The position numbers and the translations under genes are program-made. Below the pieces are notes generated by a model, which was given only the letters and a program-made list of their open reading frames with translations, made no database searches and was not told the DNA's origin. Positions 12,990-24,886 of a stretch of DNA of 64,000 nucleotides are shown piece by piece. Source of the DNA: Gekko japonicus (taxonomy: Eukaryota); contig NW_015167580.1 of NCBI RefSeq assembly GCF_001447785.1, positions 272,687 to 336,686 of the forward strand, given 5' to 3'. Positions within the stretch are counted from its first letter, which is position 1. The number at the start of each line of letters is the position of its first letter.

Positions 12990-13190
12990 CCAGGAATCTG
13001 CCTTATACTGAAGCTGTCTTATACTGAATCCATCAAAGTCAATATTGTTTTCTCACACTGGTGGCGATTTTCCCGGGTCTTAGGCAGAGGTCTTCATATC
13101 ACCTACTGCCTGGTCCTTAAAAAAAACAAAAAAACTGGAGATGCGAGGGATTGAACCTGCGGCCTTCTGCTGTACCACTGAGCCACAGAA
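12990..13190 (-). mobile_element. tRNA-derived SINE remnant
   Basis: Reverse B-box-like GGGATTGAACC and head ACCACTGAGCCACAG. Confidence 0.55.
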
Positions 13191-13633
13191 CCTCAACTGA
13201 CCTCTTTTAAAATCCTACACTGTGCAGAACATGGCTGGGGGTACTTTGAATGGGGGAGGTTTAGAGAAAGACGGCTCTGTTGAACAGGTGCAACCCTGGA
13301 TTTTTGTGAGAGAGGATGGAATATTGGCATTGAGACAGCTGTTTTTATCACCTGGGAAAATAAAGAAATATCAAGCTTTGGAAATAACCATTGGGTGACA
13401 CATCTTTGTTTAAAAAATCATGGAATTTATACAAATAATTATGTGCTCTCAAACTACAACCAATTCATGGCCTCCCCAGGACCGTCTGATTTTCAATGCA
13501 AGGGAGAAGCAAGGGGGTTGCCATTGCCTTTCTCTACACAGCATCCCCAGTCTTCCATGGTGGTCTCTGATACAAAACTATGGCCAACCATGCTTTGTTT
13601 CCAAGCTTTAATAAGATCTGTCTAGAATGAGCT

Positions 13634-13953
13634 AGGTAAAAGGCAAAGATGTCCCTTGCTTGAAAGCTAGTTGAATCCAACTCTAGGGGGAGGTGCTCAT
13701 CTCCGTTCCCAAGCCGATAAGCCAGTGCTGTCTGAAGACTTCTCCGTGGTCATGTGGCCAGCATGACTAAATGCCAAGGTGCATGAAATGCTGTTACCCT
13801 TTCACCTAAGGGGTACCTATTTATCTACTTGCAATTTCTTGCTTTCAAATTGCTAGGTTATCAGGAGCTGGGATCAGAGATCGGAGCTCACTCCATCATG
13901 CGACACTCGGGTCTCGAACTGCTGACCCTCCGGTCGGCAGTTCAGCGTTTTAA
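13634..13953 (-). mobile_element. Sauria SINE, near full length
   Basis: Reverse (ACCTTT)-type tail, GTGGTCATGTGGCCAGCATGACT core, tRNA-like head. Confidence 0.8.
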
Positions 13954-14004
13954 AAAGGTTGGGCTATTTAACTTGGAGAAAGGATGACTGAGGGGTGACA
14001 TGAT

Positions 14005-14163
14005 AGTAAAGGTAAAGGTTCCCTTGCTCGAAAGCCAGTCGAGTCCGACTCTAGGGTTGCAGTGCTCATCTCCGTTTCCAAACCGAGGAGCCAGCGCTGT
14101 CCGAAGACGTTTCCGTGGTCATGTGGCCGGCATGACTAAACACCAAGGCGCACCGAACGCTGT
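14005..14163 (-). mobile_element. Sauria SINE 3' part
   Basis: GTAAAGGTAAAGGTTCCC...; near-identical to the copy at 58958. Confidence 0.82.
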
Positions 14164-14306
14164 GGGAGGGCCTTGGCGGGGCTTCCTTGCACTCCCGCCG
14201 GCCTTGCAGGTCCACCGCCGGGCCTTATGATGTCAGGGTGTGTGGCATATGCTAATGAGTTATGCTAATGAGTTCCCCTAGCTCTTTTTCTATGAAACGA
14301 CCCCTG
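14164..14306. mobile_element. Partial hAT-type MITE, same family as 36559-37063
   Basis: Two ATGCTAATGAG copies and terminal ...ACGACCCCTG. Confidence 0.6.
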
Positions 14307-17049
14307 CTGAAGACATAAGTAGGGTGCTATCCCTGGAGATTCTGTAATTGAAGACATAAGTAGGGTGCTACCCCTGGAGATTCTGTAATTGTATAACTTT
14401 TTTTATTTTCTTTCTCAAGTATAAAGCCTCAAGCAGTGTTGATATTCAACTGCTTGGCCTGAAAGATATTCGTGGGTTGGTTAGAAGGTGCTGGAAGGAA
14501 TAAATACAGCTTTTGAAAGGAAATTCTCTGAATGTGAAGGCAGATCTCATGTTCAAAGTGTTTAAGAGATGATACCCAAGCAGAAACTCTTGCCTCGGGA
14601 TTCAGAGGCCATCTAGTTTCCCCAACAATGTGAACCATCCATTGGATGTTCCACTGTTCCATATGCACACTGTTTCAAGCCTTATGTATAGCTGCACACA
14701 ATGTGTTATTGCTTCCACAAGGAGAATCTTGTTAAGTACATTTTTGAGGGTCTGATTTTGAGGGCCGAGGTACCTTCAACACGATTGATGGTGACTAATA
14801 TCATTAACTGAAAATGGTTAATGTAGATCTGTTCTTCCCCCTTCCCATGAAGACACAAGAACAACTGTGTTTGGGTAAAATTAACTTTTATTAAATTAAT
14901 GAAGAGGGCTGATCTGTCATCAAATGATTCCATGGGCTATTCAGTGTGTGTTACAAGTAAGACAGCAATCAAGCAGCTCCCTTCTGTCTCCAAACTTGAC
15001 CAGCATGACCTCCGGCTTTGCGTGTGTGTTTTTAGCCCACCCAATAACTGGGCCAAGTGGAGCCACTCCTTGAGCCCCACTCCAGCAAGGAAGGAGGTGG
15101 CTAATGCTGCTCAGCATTTAGGGCACTGTCATGACCCCTTCACCTGAACCCATCATCAACTAATCCAGCAATGAAGCAAGACAAGCAGTCCTGGCAGATG
15201 GCTGCTGCGGTCACACTCACTAAGTAATCCACTTCCAATAATGCACATGACTTCAATAATCCACATCAGACTTGGCCGTCAGATGCATCTGATGCTTCGC
15301 ACCAGAACATCAGGACTAGTGGAATTTCCCCATTCATGCTTTAGTGAACAAAGTTTCTGGGGGGACCATTTTGGCAGTCTCTGGTAACCTAACATTAAAA
15401 GGGTGGCTGAACCACATGGATCATCTGCAAACTGCCAAACTTAAGAATCGCTTGGGATTTATCCATTTGGAGGAAGAGGGCCATCCACACAGGACAGGCT
15501 TTAAAAATTTACCAAGATCATGACCAGTGTGTAGGCGCAAATTGCAGCCCTGTATAAAGTGTGGTGGAGTTGCAGCCGACTTTGCACAGGCATGCGTGCA
15601 CACACAGACACACACACACAGCTTGCAATGCCAGTGGGTTCTACCGTGCATTCTGTACATTCAGTGTGTTCCCCCATATTATGAGATAATGTGTCTCTTT
15701 CCCATTTTCCACAGTGGCCAATAACACAGCAGAGAATCCCCTAGTGCTTGGCAATATGGAAAACGGGGCTTTGCAGCTGCTTGTCAGTTTCAACAAAAAG
15801 CCAATTTCAACATTGGGTTTCCCCCCTTTGCCTGTGTTCCTTTCTGCTCCTTTTCATTCAGTGAACTAACACTAAAATGCATGTGCAAAACCTGAACCAT
15901 GAGGATTTAAACGGAAGGCACTTGCTGGACACTACTGTACAGCTGAGAGAAGGCAATTGTGTAATTTTTTAAAAATGTTGTAAACCACCACCTCTGCATC
16001 ACAAGTGATGTTCCACCCTGATTTAGAAAAGTGTGTGTGTGGGGGGGTTGTAGCTGCAGAATAAATATACCAAAGGAAAAAGAATGGAGTATAAGGTGGG
16101 CACAGAATCCTAAATCAAGATTAAAGGCTTACTGCTCTGAAAATCTGCAGTAAGATGTCCATGTGTAATGGGCCATAAAATTCTGCCTTGGGATTCAGAG
16201 GTCATGTTATCTCCCCATCAATGTGAACCATCCATTGGATGTTCCATTGTTCCATATGCAGATTGTTGTGTTACAAAAAATTATGTTGCAAGCATCATGT
16301 ATCGCTGCCTGCAGTGCTATTGCTTCCACAAGAACTATTCTAAGTACATTTTCCTTTTCACTTAAGCACCAGTGAATGTGCATTAAGAGATCCTGCATAA
16401 GACACATCCCAAAGAACTACTGAGGCAAGAATGTACCATCATCCAGCTGCTCCTGAAATCAAGTTGCTTCTTTAGCCATCAAAAGAAGCAGCACAGCAAA
16501 CATTCCAAGTGTGATTCTGCATTGGCTTTTCCTTCCGTTGCTTTACCAAACCCACTTTGGAGCAGAAATTCCCCTCAGCGTTGCATGCCGCTTTCACTTT
16601 CTTTGATCATCAGGTTTTATGGTATCTTCTGCATAGATTTATGGCCATTCAGGGGTGACTTTGCAGTCAGTACAGTGTTGCCCTGGGGTATTTGAAAGTG
16701 GGTTTGAGCTGCACCTTTGGTAAAACAACAGAAGGAAAAGCCCATGCAGAATCGTCCCAAGTTAGTGTTGGTGTCAGAGATCAGAATGTGGAAGGAGCTG
16801 ATCAGAAAGGTGAAGGGAAAGGTCCAAAGATCCAACACAATTATCCCAGTTTAAAGCATGAAACATGCATTTCTTGATGTTTATGCTACAAATGATGCAG
16901 AAAATATGCATTGCTTAACTTTTCTGTCTGCTACTGGGCAGTGGAAGAAGACCACTGAGACAGCTCAACCTAGCCATACAGTTGACTTCCCATCTGCAAG
17001 GATGACATTCTTTAGGAACATATATAATAGGCCAATCATAAGAGAGGAG

Positions 17050-17077
17050 ATTGGCATAAGGGGAGGTGCATGCAAAT
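17050..17077 (+). promoter_or_regulatory. Inverted octamer pair, V6 promoter
   Basis: ATTGGCAT-12-ATGCAAAT, preceded by CCAAT at 17032. Confidence 0.7.
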
Positions 17078-17166
17078 TGTCAGTTGTACATGTAAAAGGC
17101 AGACAACACAAGGCATTTTCAGTGCAAGAGGGCCTGCATCTTCCAGAATTCAGAAATTTTCTCATC

Positions 17167-17609
17167 ATGTTTGGGGTATTCCTCATCATCCACCTGGGGA
17201 CCTGGTGCACAGGTGAGCACATTACTCCCCGGAGTCCCTTGAACAAAGAGCCTGGCCATTCAAACTAACAGTATTGCTTCTTTCCTCAGCTGCCAGTTCC
17301 CAGCCTGTGGTGACTCAGGAACCTTCCATGTCTGCCTCCCCTGGGCAGACAGTGAAACTCTCCTGTTCTCTGAGCAGTGGACAAGTAACATCCTATTACC
17401 AGTCTTGGTACCAGCAGAAACCAGGCAGCCCTCTAAAATACCTAGTCTATTATTATAGCAGCTCAAATACAGGTTCTGGGGACTTCAGTCGGTTCTCTTC
17501 TTCCAAGGAGAGCTCCCAAAATACTTGGTATTTAACCATCAGCAATGTCCAGGCAAAAGATGAGGGTGATTATCACTGTGCTGTGTGGTATGCCAGTGCC
17601 AGCGTGTTC
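17167..17609 (+). CDS. IGLV: V6: IGLV segment, group C, intact; leader 17167-17212, V exon 17290-17609
   Basis: Leader MFGVFLIIHLGTWCT; QPVVTQEPS...CSLSSG...WYQQKPG...DEGDYHCAVWYASASVF. Confidence 0.92.
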
Positions 17610-17648
17610 CACAGTGATGCAGACCTAAGAGGAACTGAGACAAAAACC
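17610..17648 (+). other. 23-RSS of V6 (perfect consensus)
   Basis: CACAGTG-23-ACAAAAACC. Confidence 0.95.
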
Positions 17649-17847
17649 TGAGAGGCAGATCAAAAGGAGAGTGCAGAAAGGGCCTGTGGTCACACATGCT
17701 AAATAATCCACTTTCAATAATCCACATGGCTTGTGGCCCATTCAGACTTGGCCATCAGATGCATCAGATGTTTCACACCAGAACATCAGGACTGATGGCA
17801 TGTTGCCTTAGATATATCTAAATCCAGACATCCAGAACACAGCACTA

Positions 17848-18490
17848 TATAGAATCACAGAAGGACCCATACCGGCCATCTAGTCCAACCCTCTGCTCAA
17901 TGCAGGATCAGCCTAGAGCAGTGGTGGCGAACCTATGGCACGGGTGCCAGAGGTGGCACTCAGAGTCCTCTCTGCAGGCACGCATGCCATCACACCAGCC
18001 AGGCCCAGACTATCATTAAAGTGTCAAATTCTCTGCCAAATAATTTTAAGTAAATGAAAGCATTTGGGATTGCTTTCCTTACTTTGTTTGGATCATCTTA
18101 AGTTAATGTATGAGTTGTTTTTTCCAAAGTAAAACCTCAGTATTCAGGTTTAATTGCCGTGTTGGCACTTTGCGATAAATAAGTGGGTTTTGGGTCGCAG
18201 TTTGGGCACTCGGTCTCTAAAAGGTTCGCCATCACTGGCCTAGAGCATCCCTGACAAGTGTTTGTCCAGCCGCTGCTTAAAAACTGCCAGTGAAGGGGAG
18301 CTCACCACCTCCCCAGGCAGCTGATTCCACTGTTGCACAACTATTCCTGTCAAAAAGTTTTCCCTAAGATCCAGCCAGTACCTTCCTGCCCTTAATTCAA
18401 ACCCATTATTCCAAGTCGTATCCTCAGCCACCAATAAAAACAGCTCCCTGCCCTCCTCTAAGTGACAGCCCTTCGGATACTTGAAATACT
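17848..18490 (-). mobile_element. CR1 LINE 3' fragment interrupted by a hAT MITE
   Basis: Minus-strand translation ...QWNQLPGEVVSSPSLAVFKQRLDKHLSGML; reverse tail near TAGAATCACAGAA. Confidence 0.85.
17919..18237. mobile_element. Non-autonomous hAT element
   Basis: TIR CAGTGGTGGCGAACCT/AGGTTCGCCATCACTG; perfect 8-bp TSD GCCTAGAG. Confidence 0.92.
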
Positions 18491-19269
18491 TCAAATACAT
18501 TTGTGGCACAGCTCCGACATTCTTCACATATTTGTTTCTAGGCAAAGACAATGGACATTTCCCAAAGCTTTCAGATGTGGCAGAACTAGAAGTTTTAGTG
18601 CTATCTCAGTGTCTTTCAGCTTCTGCTTGGTCAATAGGAGATCCTTGCTAATTAAATATATATCTGTGTGTGTGCGAATATTAGAAATTACAATCCTGCA
18701 GGGCTCCTCACTGACACAGATGATTGAGTATTACAATAAAGGAACAGAGAAAGTGCCTGCTGTTCCATTGCTCAGAGGTTGGGAAATTCCTGGAGATTTG
18801 GGGGCAGAGCCTGGAGAGGGTGAGGTCTAGGGAGAGGAGGGGTGGGAACTCCATACAGATGTGATGCCATATAGTTGCCCCCTGCAATGCTGCCATTCCC
18901 CCCCCCGAGAAACCGATCTCTGCTGTCTACAGATGTAACTGCAATTCTGAGAGCACTCCAGGCCCCACCAGGAGCTTGGCAAGCCTATCATATACACACT
19001 CATCAGTCCCACAGAAAATTAAAGGAGCAGCCTTGGGAATTTGAGAGATATTTTTGACATCACATGTCTTCCTCAGGGAGTCTGGTGTAAACACAATCCC
19101 AGCAAAGATTCAGAGGATGCCAGAGCATAGCCCCAAGCCAAGACGAACCTCTGGTAGACGTTCCACAAGTTTTTCAAATTTGCTATAGTGGATGGAAAGA
19201 CAAGAAGTTTTCTACCAGTCATTCAGGAATCAGTCCCCCACCCCTGCAGCTTAAGGAAGATCTTTGCCC

Positions 19270-19270
<1 letters not shown>

Positions 19271-19325
<55 letters not shown>

Positions 19326-19327
19326 AA
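19271..19327. repeat. (GAAA)n microsatellite
   Basis: Direct reading. Confidence 0.95.
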
Positions 19328-19588
19328 TAGATATGATGATCTGGTCCAAACCACTGCAAATGTTAACCTCTTGGAGGAGCTCTTATACTGGATACTGAGC
19401 AGTACACTAAAGTGAGGATGAAACATAGCCTATGCCCAGCCCCCAAGCACAGACCGTACACTTCCTCCTGCCCCAGTTGATTGTGTCTTATTTCAATTGG
19501 CTACCCATCTGTAACCAGAAAACAACACCTATTCTGTCTGCTTACTGGCATTTGTAATTGTGCCTGAAGGTGGAACACTACTATATGT

Positions 19589-19830
19589 TAGAAGAAGAAG
19601 AAGAGAAGAGATTGGATTTATACCCCGTGCTTCACTACCTAAAGGGGTCTCAGAGTGTCTTACAAACTCCTTCCCCTTCCCCTCCCCACAACAGACACCC
19701 TGTGAGGTAGGTGGGGCTGAGAGAGGTCTGAGAGAAACTGTTATTTTTTCAGGAACAGCTTTTATCAGAACTACGGCTTGCCCAAGGTCATCCAGCCAGG
19801 TGCAGATTAGACTCCGCACACTTAACCAAA
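19589..19830 (-). mobile_element. Squam3-like SINE (partial)
   Basis: Reverse complement of the 33029 and 50400 copies, with (AGA)n tail. Confidence 0.7.
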
Positions 19831-20051
19831 CTGGCTCGTTAGATCAACATTCTTGATAGTTCTGGGTATTTATTCACCCAGAACTACCAACATCCCTGTA
19901 ACTTTCCCCCTTCAGTTTTCTTATCCCATTGGAATATATACTGTGAATATACATTCTGGGTCTGCTGTAAAGATGGCACTACCAAAATTTCAACTTGTCC
20001 GGATATTGTTCTTGCCCTCTATGGACACACAGACCAATGAGAAGTCAGAGG

Positions 20052-20079
20052 ATTAGCATAAGGAGAGGTGCATGCAAAT
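20052..20079 (+). promoter_or_regulatory. Inverted octamer pair, V7 promoter
   Basis: ATTAGCAT-12-ATGCAAAT, preceded by CCAAT at 20034. Confidence 0.72.
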
Positions 20080-20174
20080 TGTTGGCCAAGGAACTAGGTA
20101 TCAGGGGCAGGCAGCAGTGGACATTTTCAGTGCAAGTGATCCTGCATCTGCCAGAGGTCAAAAACATTTCCATC

Positions 20175-20636
20175 ATGTTAACTGCATTTCTTTTCATCCT
20201 GCTGGGGACGTGGTGCACAGGTGAGCACAAGGGAAACATGCCCTGCAGTCTCTGGGACAAAAAAGCAACAACCACCTTTGCCATTCAAGCTAACAATGTT
20301 CTTCTTTCTGCAGTTTCCAGTTCCCAGCCTGTGATGACTCAGGAATCTTCTATGTCAGCATCCCCTGGACAGACAGTGAAACTTTCATGTTCTATGAGCA
20401 GTGGTTACCCAGTGCAGAACTATGAGCAGGTCTGGTTGCAACAGAAACCAGGCAGCCCTCCAAAATTCCTGTTCTATTACTATACAAGCCCAAGCCCAGG
20501 CTCTGGGGACCTCAGTAGGTTCTCATCAACCAAGGAGAGCTCCCAGAATACTTGGTATTTAACCATCACCAATGTCCAGGCACAAGACGAGGCTGATTAT
20601 CACTGTACTGTGTGGTATGGCAGTGCCAAGGTGTTC
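20175..20636 (+). CDS. IGLV: V7: IGLV segment, group C, intact; leader 20175-20220, V exon 20314-20636
   Basis: Leader MLTAFLFILLGTWCT; QPVMTQESS...WLQQKPG...DEADYHCTVWYGSAKVF; acceptor assigned by homology to V6. Confidence 0.92.
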
Positions 20637-20675
20637 CACGGTGATGCAGTCCTAAGAGGAACTGAGACAAAAACC
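20637..20675 (+). other. 23-RSS of V7
   Basis: CACGGTG-23-ACAAAAACC. Confidence 0.93.
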
Positions 20676-20867
20676 TGAGAGGCAGATTGAATGCACCTTC
20701 TGCCGTCAACCTGTTTGGTGTTGCTCTAGTTGCAGAATCAGAAGGATGACTAATGACACAGTCTTAGCCGCTTAAGCTTGGTCATTCTGTAGAGAAGCTG
20801 CTGGCATCGTGCTTGTGGCCACACCTGATGTCAGACAAGATGCCATTCAGAGAACGCTACAGCTTCA

Positions 20868-20990
20868 TTCAGATCTAATAGCATCTCAGAGACCAACAAG
20901 ATTTGGGCAGTGTAAGCTTTGACTCTTGAAAGCTTATACCCCCAAAACCTTGTTGGTCTCTAAGGTGCTGTGGACTTGAATCTAGCAGTC
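20868..20990. mobile_element. Inverted-repeat fragment, Penelope-like
   Basis: AGAGACCAACAAG...AAGCTT...AAGCTT...CTTGTTGGTCTCT hairpin; related sequence at about 52650-52720. Confidence 0.55.
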
Positions 20991-22798
20991 AATACTGCAA
21001 AGAAACATGGCTAGCCCCTGAAAGAGTGGTCTATGTTGGTGCGGCATCTAGGGTTGCCAACTTGAGATTGGAAAATTCCTGGAGGTTTTCTTGGGGGGCA
21101 GGTTTGGGGAAGGGAGGGACTTCAGCGGAGTATAATGCCATATATAATGCCCACCCATAGACTCATTTTATGCTGCACAGCTTTCTCTATGCTGGAGAAG
21201 TTTGTTTTGAAGAACCGTTCATAACAGATGTTTGGGAAACTGTTTTTTTTAACCATGTCTTTTCATCTAAAGAGAAAGTTAGGTCTTTAACAGTGCCAGA
21301 CAGGCTACTGTGGAGTAAAGAAACCCAAATGATAGAGAAGAGTCTTCAGCAATGATAAGGAGGGAAGCCTTTACAGTGATCCATCATACTAGAATAATCT
21401 AGAATAATCATACTAGAATAATCACTAATTTTTCTCTCATTTCATCTGGGAAATTCTGGCAGATATGTATGGGTGACCCTGACATCAAACACGGGTCTTT
21501 CAGTGATCAGCAGCTACAAGGAAGGAACTAAGCTTCAAAAAGGTGGAAGAAGGTGGAGATTCACTGCCATGATTGACTTGTTTGAAATCATTTTGAATGG
21601 GCTCGTGGTGAGGAAGCTGATACATGGAATTAGCAGCAAGATCCGATGAGATTGGGTGTTGTGGTCAAACCAGGGTATCCCTGCTTTGGGCTGCTCACGG
21701 GATCCAATCCTGAACCACAGGACTTCTGATGAGCAGTAGAACCATTTTTTAGCATGTTCCTTTACTGTGGACACTACGGGGGAAATGACTTAAAGTCACC
21801 ACATACTTCCACAATCCCAGCAGTGCAACAAAAGCATATTCACAGCTTTCTTAAGACTCAAAAGCATCTCGTACTGCAGGAACCGTTTGCATGGTCAAGG
21901 TATTTCTGGAAAAGCACACCTCTGAGTCAGTGAGATCCTTGGATACCAACTTGAGAATTCTCTTACGTAGCATAGGTTGAATACCACATCAGAGAGTCAT
22001 ACAAACAATATTATCTGCACAAATATTATCTGCATCAGAGAGTCATACAAACAATATTATCTGCACAAAATTTTAAATGGGATGCAGATGGGGGAATCTG
22101 ATCCTCCCTAGAATTATTACCCTACATGGAAGTGGGGGGGGTACAATAGAACACTGTTGGATGGTTCTTGAATTTCCCAGCAAAGCATAAACATGGGGCA
22201 ACTTTACGGAATGCTGAAGAATGTGATTTCATAAAGTATAGGAATACTGTAGATGGTTTTTATGAGGTATATTTTTTTATTTATTTTATTAGATTTATAT
22301 ACCACCCTCCTCAAATATGGTCAAAGTAATAGCACAGCAATCTATATCACTGCATACTTAACCATGTGGAGGAGCTCTTCAGCTATATTGTGTTTTCTTC
22401 AAAAATAGCCGACAGAGAGAGAGATTGTTTCCTGTTATAATGCATGATTGGACCATGGGATCTGCTTGAGCAATTCAGTGCTGTGCATGTTGACACAAGC
22501 AAGCCTCAGTGGTTGCCATCTCAAGGTTGTAATGCTAGGTTTGCTGTCCTGCAGTACTTTCTTCTCCAAGGAATGGCAGAATGTTTCAGTGAGAAATAAG
22601 TTGGCTGAAAATGTTGGATCGGTTGCAGTCTGTCTATTTATTTATTTATTTAGACTTATATTCTGCCCTCCCTGCAAGCGGGCTCAGGGAAGGCCACAAC
22701 AGTGGTTTTACAAAGTCATTAGAACAATCATAGTAATTAAATATTTAAAACAATTAAAACAAAAGGCACAATATTTTAAAAACAGGTAGCACTATAAA

Positions 22799-22951
22799 AA
22801 GGATGAGATGATTAGACAGTGTTGTTGATGCAGCAATCATGAAATTGGGTGAACTCCAGAGGATGGCGGAAGACAGGAGGGCCTGGCGTGATGTGGTCCA
22901 TGGGGTCACGAAGAGTCGGACTCGACTATGCAACTGAACAACAACAACAAA
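22799..22951 (+). mobile_element. 5'-truncated RTE-BovB LINE
   Basis: ...MAEDRRAWRDVVHGVTKSRTRL C-terminus, (CAA)n tail, 11-bp TSD AGCACTATAAA (22788-22798 / 22952-22962). Confidence 0.88.
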
Positions 22952-23099
22952 AGCACTATAAAGATACAATAATCTCAGGTGAGTGAAGTAGCTAGGCCAT
23001 AACCCAAATAATATGGGGATCTTCTTAGTCTGGCCCATACAGAGATGGAAAGCTTCAGCAAGGGCGGCTGAATAATTGGATGCCTGCTGCCTCACCCAA

Positions 23100-23810
23100 A
23101 GGCCTGGCAGATCTGGTACTTGATCGGTAGCTAGTGCAATTGGTGTAGAACTGGCTGAATGCATGCCCACACAGACATTGCACTTAGCAGGCGCGCCGCC
23201 ACACCTTTCACTAGCTGGAGTTTTCGGATCAGCCTCAAGGGTAAGCCCACATAGAGTGAGTTGCAGTAATCAAGCCTGGAAGAGACCATTGCAGAAGTCA
23301 CTGTAGCCAAGTCCTGGCAGGAGAGATAGGGCACCGGCTGCCTGATCTGCCAGAGATGATAAAAGGCAGACCTGGCAACTGTGGTAACCTGGGCCTCCAT
23401 AGAAAGTGAGGCATCTGGGATTACCCTTGGGCTCCTCACCTTTTGGGCCAGCACAAGTGGTGCACCGTCCAAGGCAGGGAGCCTGATTCCTGACTTAACT
23501 GCCCCTTGGCTCAGGTACAGGGCCTCCATCTCCACTGGATTGAGCTTCAACTGATTCTGCTGTAACCACCCAGCCACGGCCTCCAACACCCTGTCCACAT
23601 TCTCTGGGGCAGAGTCCAGGCCGCCATCCAGCAACAGATAGAGCTGGGTGTCATCAGCATACTGGTGGCAGCCCAACCCAACCACCCAGACCAACTGGGC
23701 AAGGGGGCACATGTAGATATTGCACAGCATTGGTGAAAGGATAGCTCTCTGTAGCACTCCACATTCCAGTGGGTATCATGGGGAGACCCTCTTGCCAAGC
23801 GCCACCCTCT
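23100..23810 (-). mobile_element. L2-clade LINE reverse-transcriptase fragment
   Basis: ILSPML.NIYM.PL...HQYADDTQLY...LKLNP...SRLDYCNSLY. Confidence 0.88.
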
Positions 23811-24419
23811 GTCCCCATTGGCCCCTGAGAAGCTGTGAATCCACCATATGCTGCCAGCTAGAAGGGACAGGGTACATGGACAAAGGGTGTCTCCAGTCTT
23901 AATGGTGCAACCACACAGTCATAATCTGCTTTATGGAGCCATAACCACGAGGATTAAGTTGGGAGAAGGGCACACCATCACTCTTGCCCTGCTCCACACA
24001 ACAGCTGCACAGATGTGGCAGATGTGGAACTCAGACTATATATTTCTTCTCTCCCCATTACCTTAGGATTTTACAAATATCACACATGAAAATGTTTTTA
24101 AAATTCTATATAATTTCATAATAATGTCATAAATATCTGACGTCCAATATTGATAGAACAAGAGAGAGGTTACTCTCCACTTTCTGGTGAACCTGTAGTT
24201 TAGAGATTGTGAAACTACCGCAGGCTGGGTGCTAGGTTTCTTTTCTGCACCTATAAATTCATGGGTGGGGCAAACAGCAGGGGAGTGCTGTTGTTTGAAT
24301 GGAAATAATTTGAATGCTGGGCATGTTTGCAAGCCCAAACAGATAAAAAGGGAACCGGGGGCATTAAAAGTAGATGCTCCCTTTTCCTCAAGAAGTAAAC
24401 CTCATCCGAGTTTCCCATC

Positions 24420-24847
24420 ATGCTCTTGGTCTTGTTCCTGCTCACACTCTTCAATTACTGGTCAGGTACTACAAAGTAAACTCTCTGTAATGTCTCTAGA
24501 ACGTAGAGATGTGCTTTCATTTATTCTGAGATATTTTCTCCTTTTTCACAGGTTCTTTTGGCCAGTATGTCCTGACTCAACCATCCTCTGTGTCTGTGAT
24601 GCCAGAACAAAATGCCCAGATCACTTGTTCAGGGAACAACATTGGGGGCAAGAATGTGCAGTGGTACCGGCAGAAGCCCGGAATGGCCCCAGTCCTCATC
24701 ATATATTATAGTACCAGCAGACCCTCTGGGATCTCAGACCGATTCTCTGGCTCCAACTCTGGCAACACAGCCACTTTAAGCATTGCCAGAGCCAAAGCAG
24801 AGGATGAGGCCAATTATTACTGCAGTGTATGGGACAGCAATGCTGCT
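24420..24847 (+). CDS. IGLV: V8: IGLV segment, group A, intact; leader 24420-24465, V exon 24552-24847
   Basis: Leader [15 protein letters not shown]; QYVLTQPSS...[16 protein letters not shown]...[11 protein letters not shown]. Confidence 0.93.
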
Positions 24848-24886
24848 CACAGTGATACAAGCAGAGGGGGAAGTGAGACAAAAACC
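24848..24886 (+). other. 23-RSS of V8 (consensus)
   Basis: CACAGTG-23-ACAAAAACC. Confidence 0.95.

Noticed and set aside
14308-14389. Short direct repeats (41 bp x2; similar at about 21985-22066 and 52417-52605) as CRISPR-like arrays
   Set aside because: Simple two-copy tandem duplications without spacers in a vertebrate genome
19995-20678. 227-aa single-exon ORF spanning V7
   Set aside because: Read-through of a 93-nt in-frame intron with normal GT/AG sites; not shared by V6
23131-23757. Reverse-transcriptase-like ORF as an active gene
   Set aside because: Truncated, frameshifted L2 fragment; the duplicate has YADG instead of YADD
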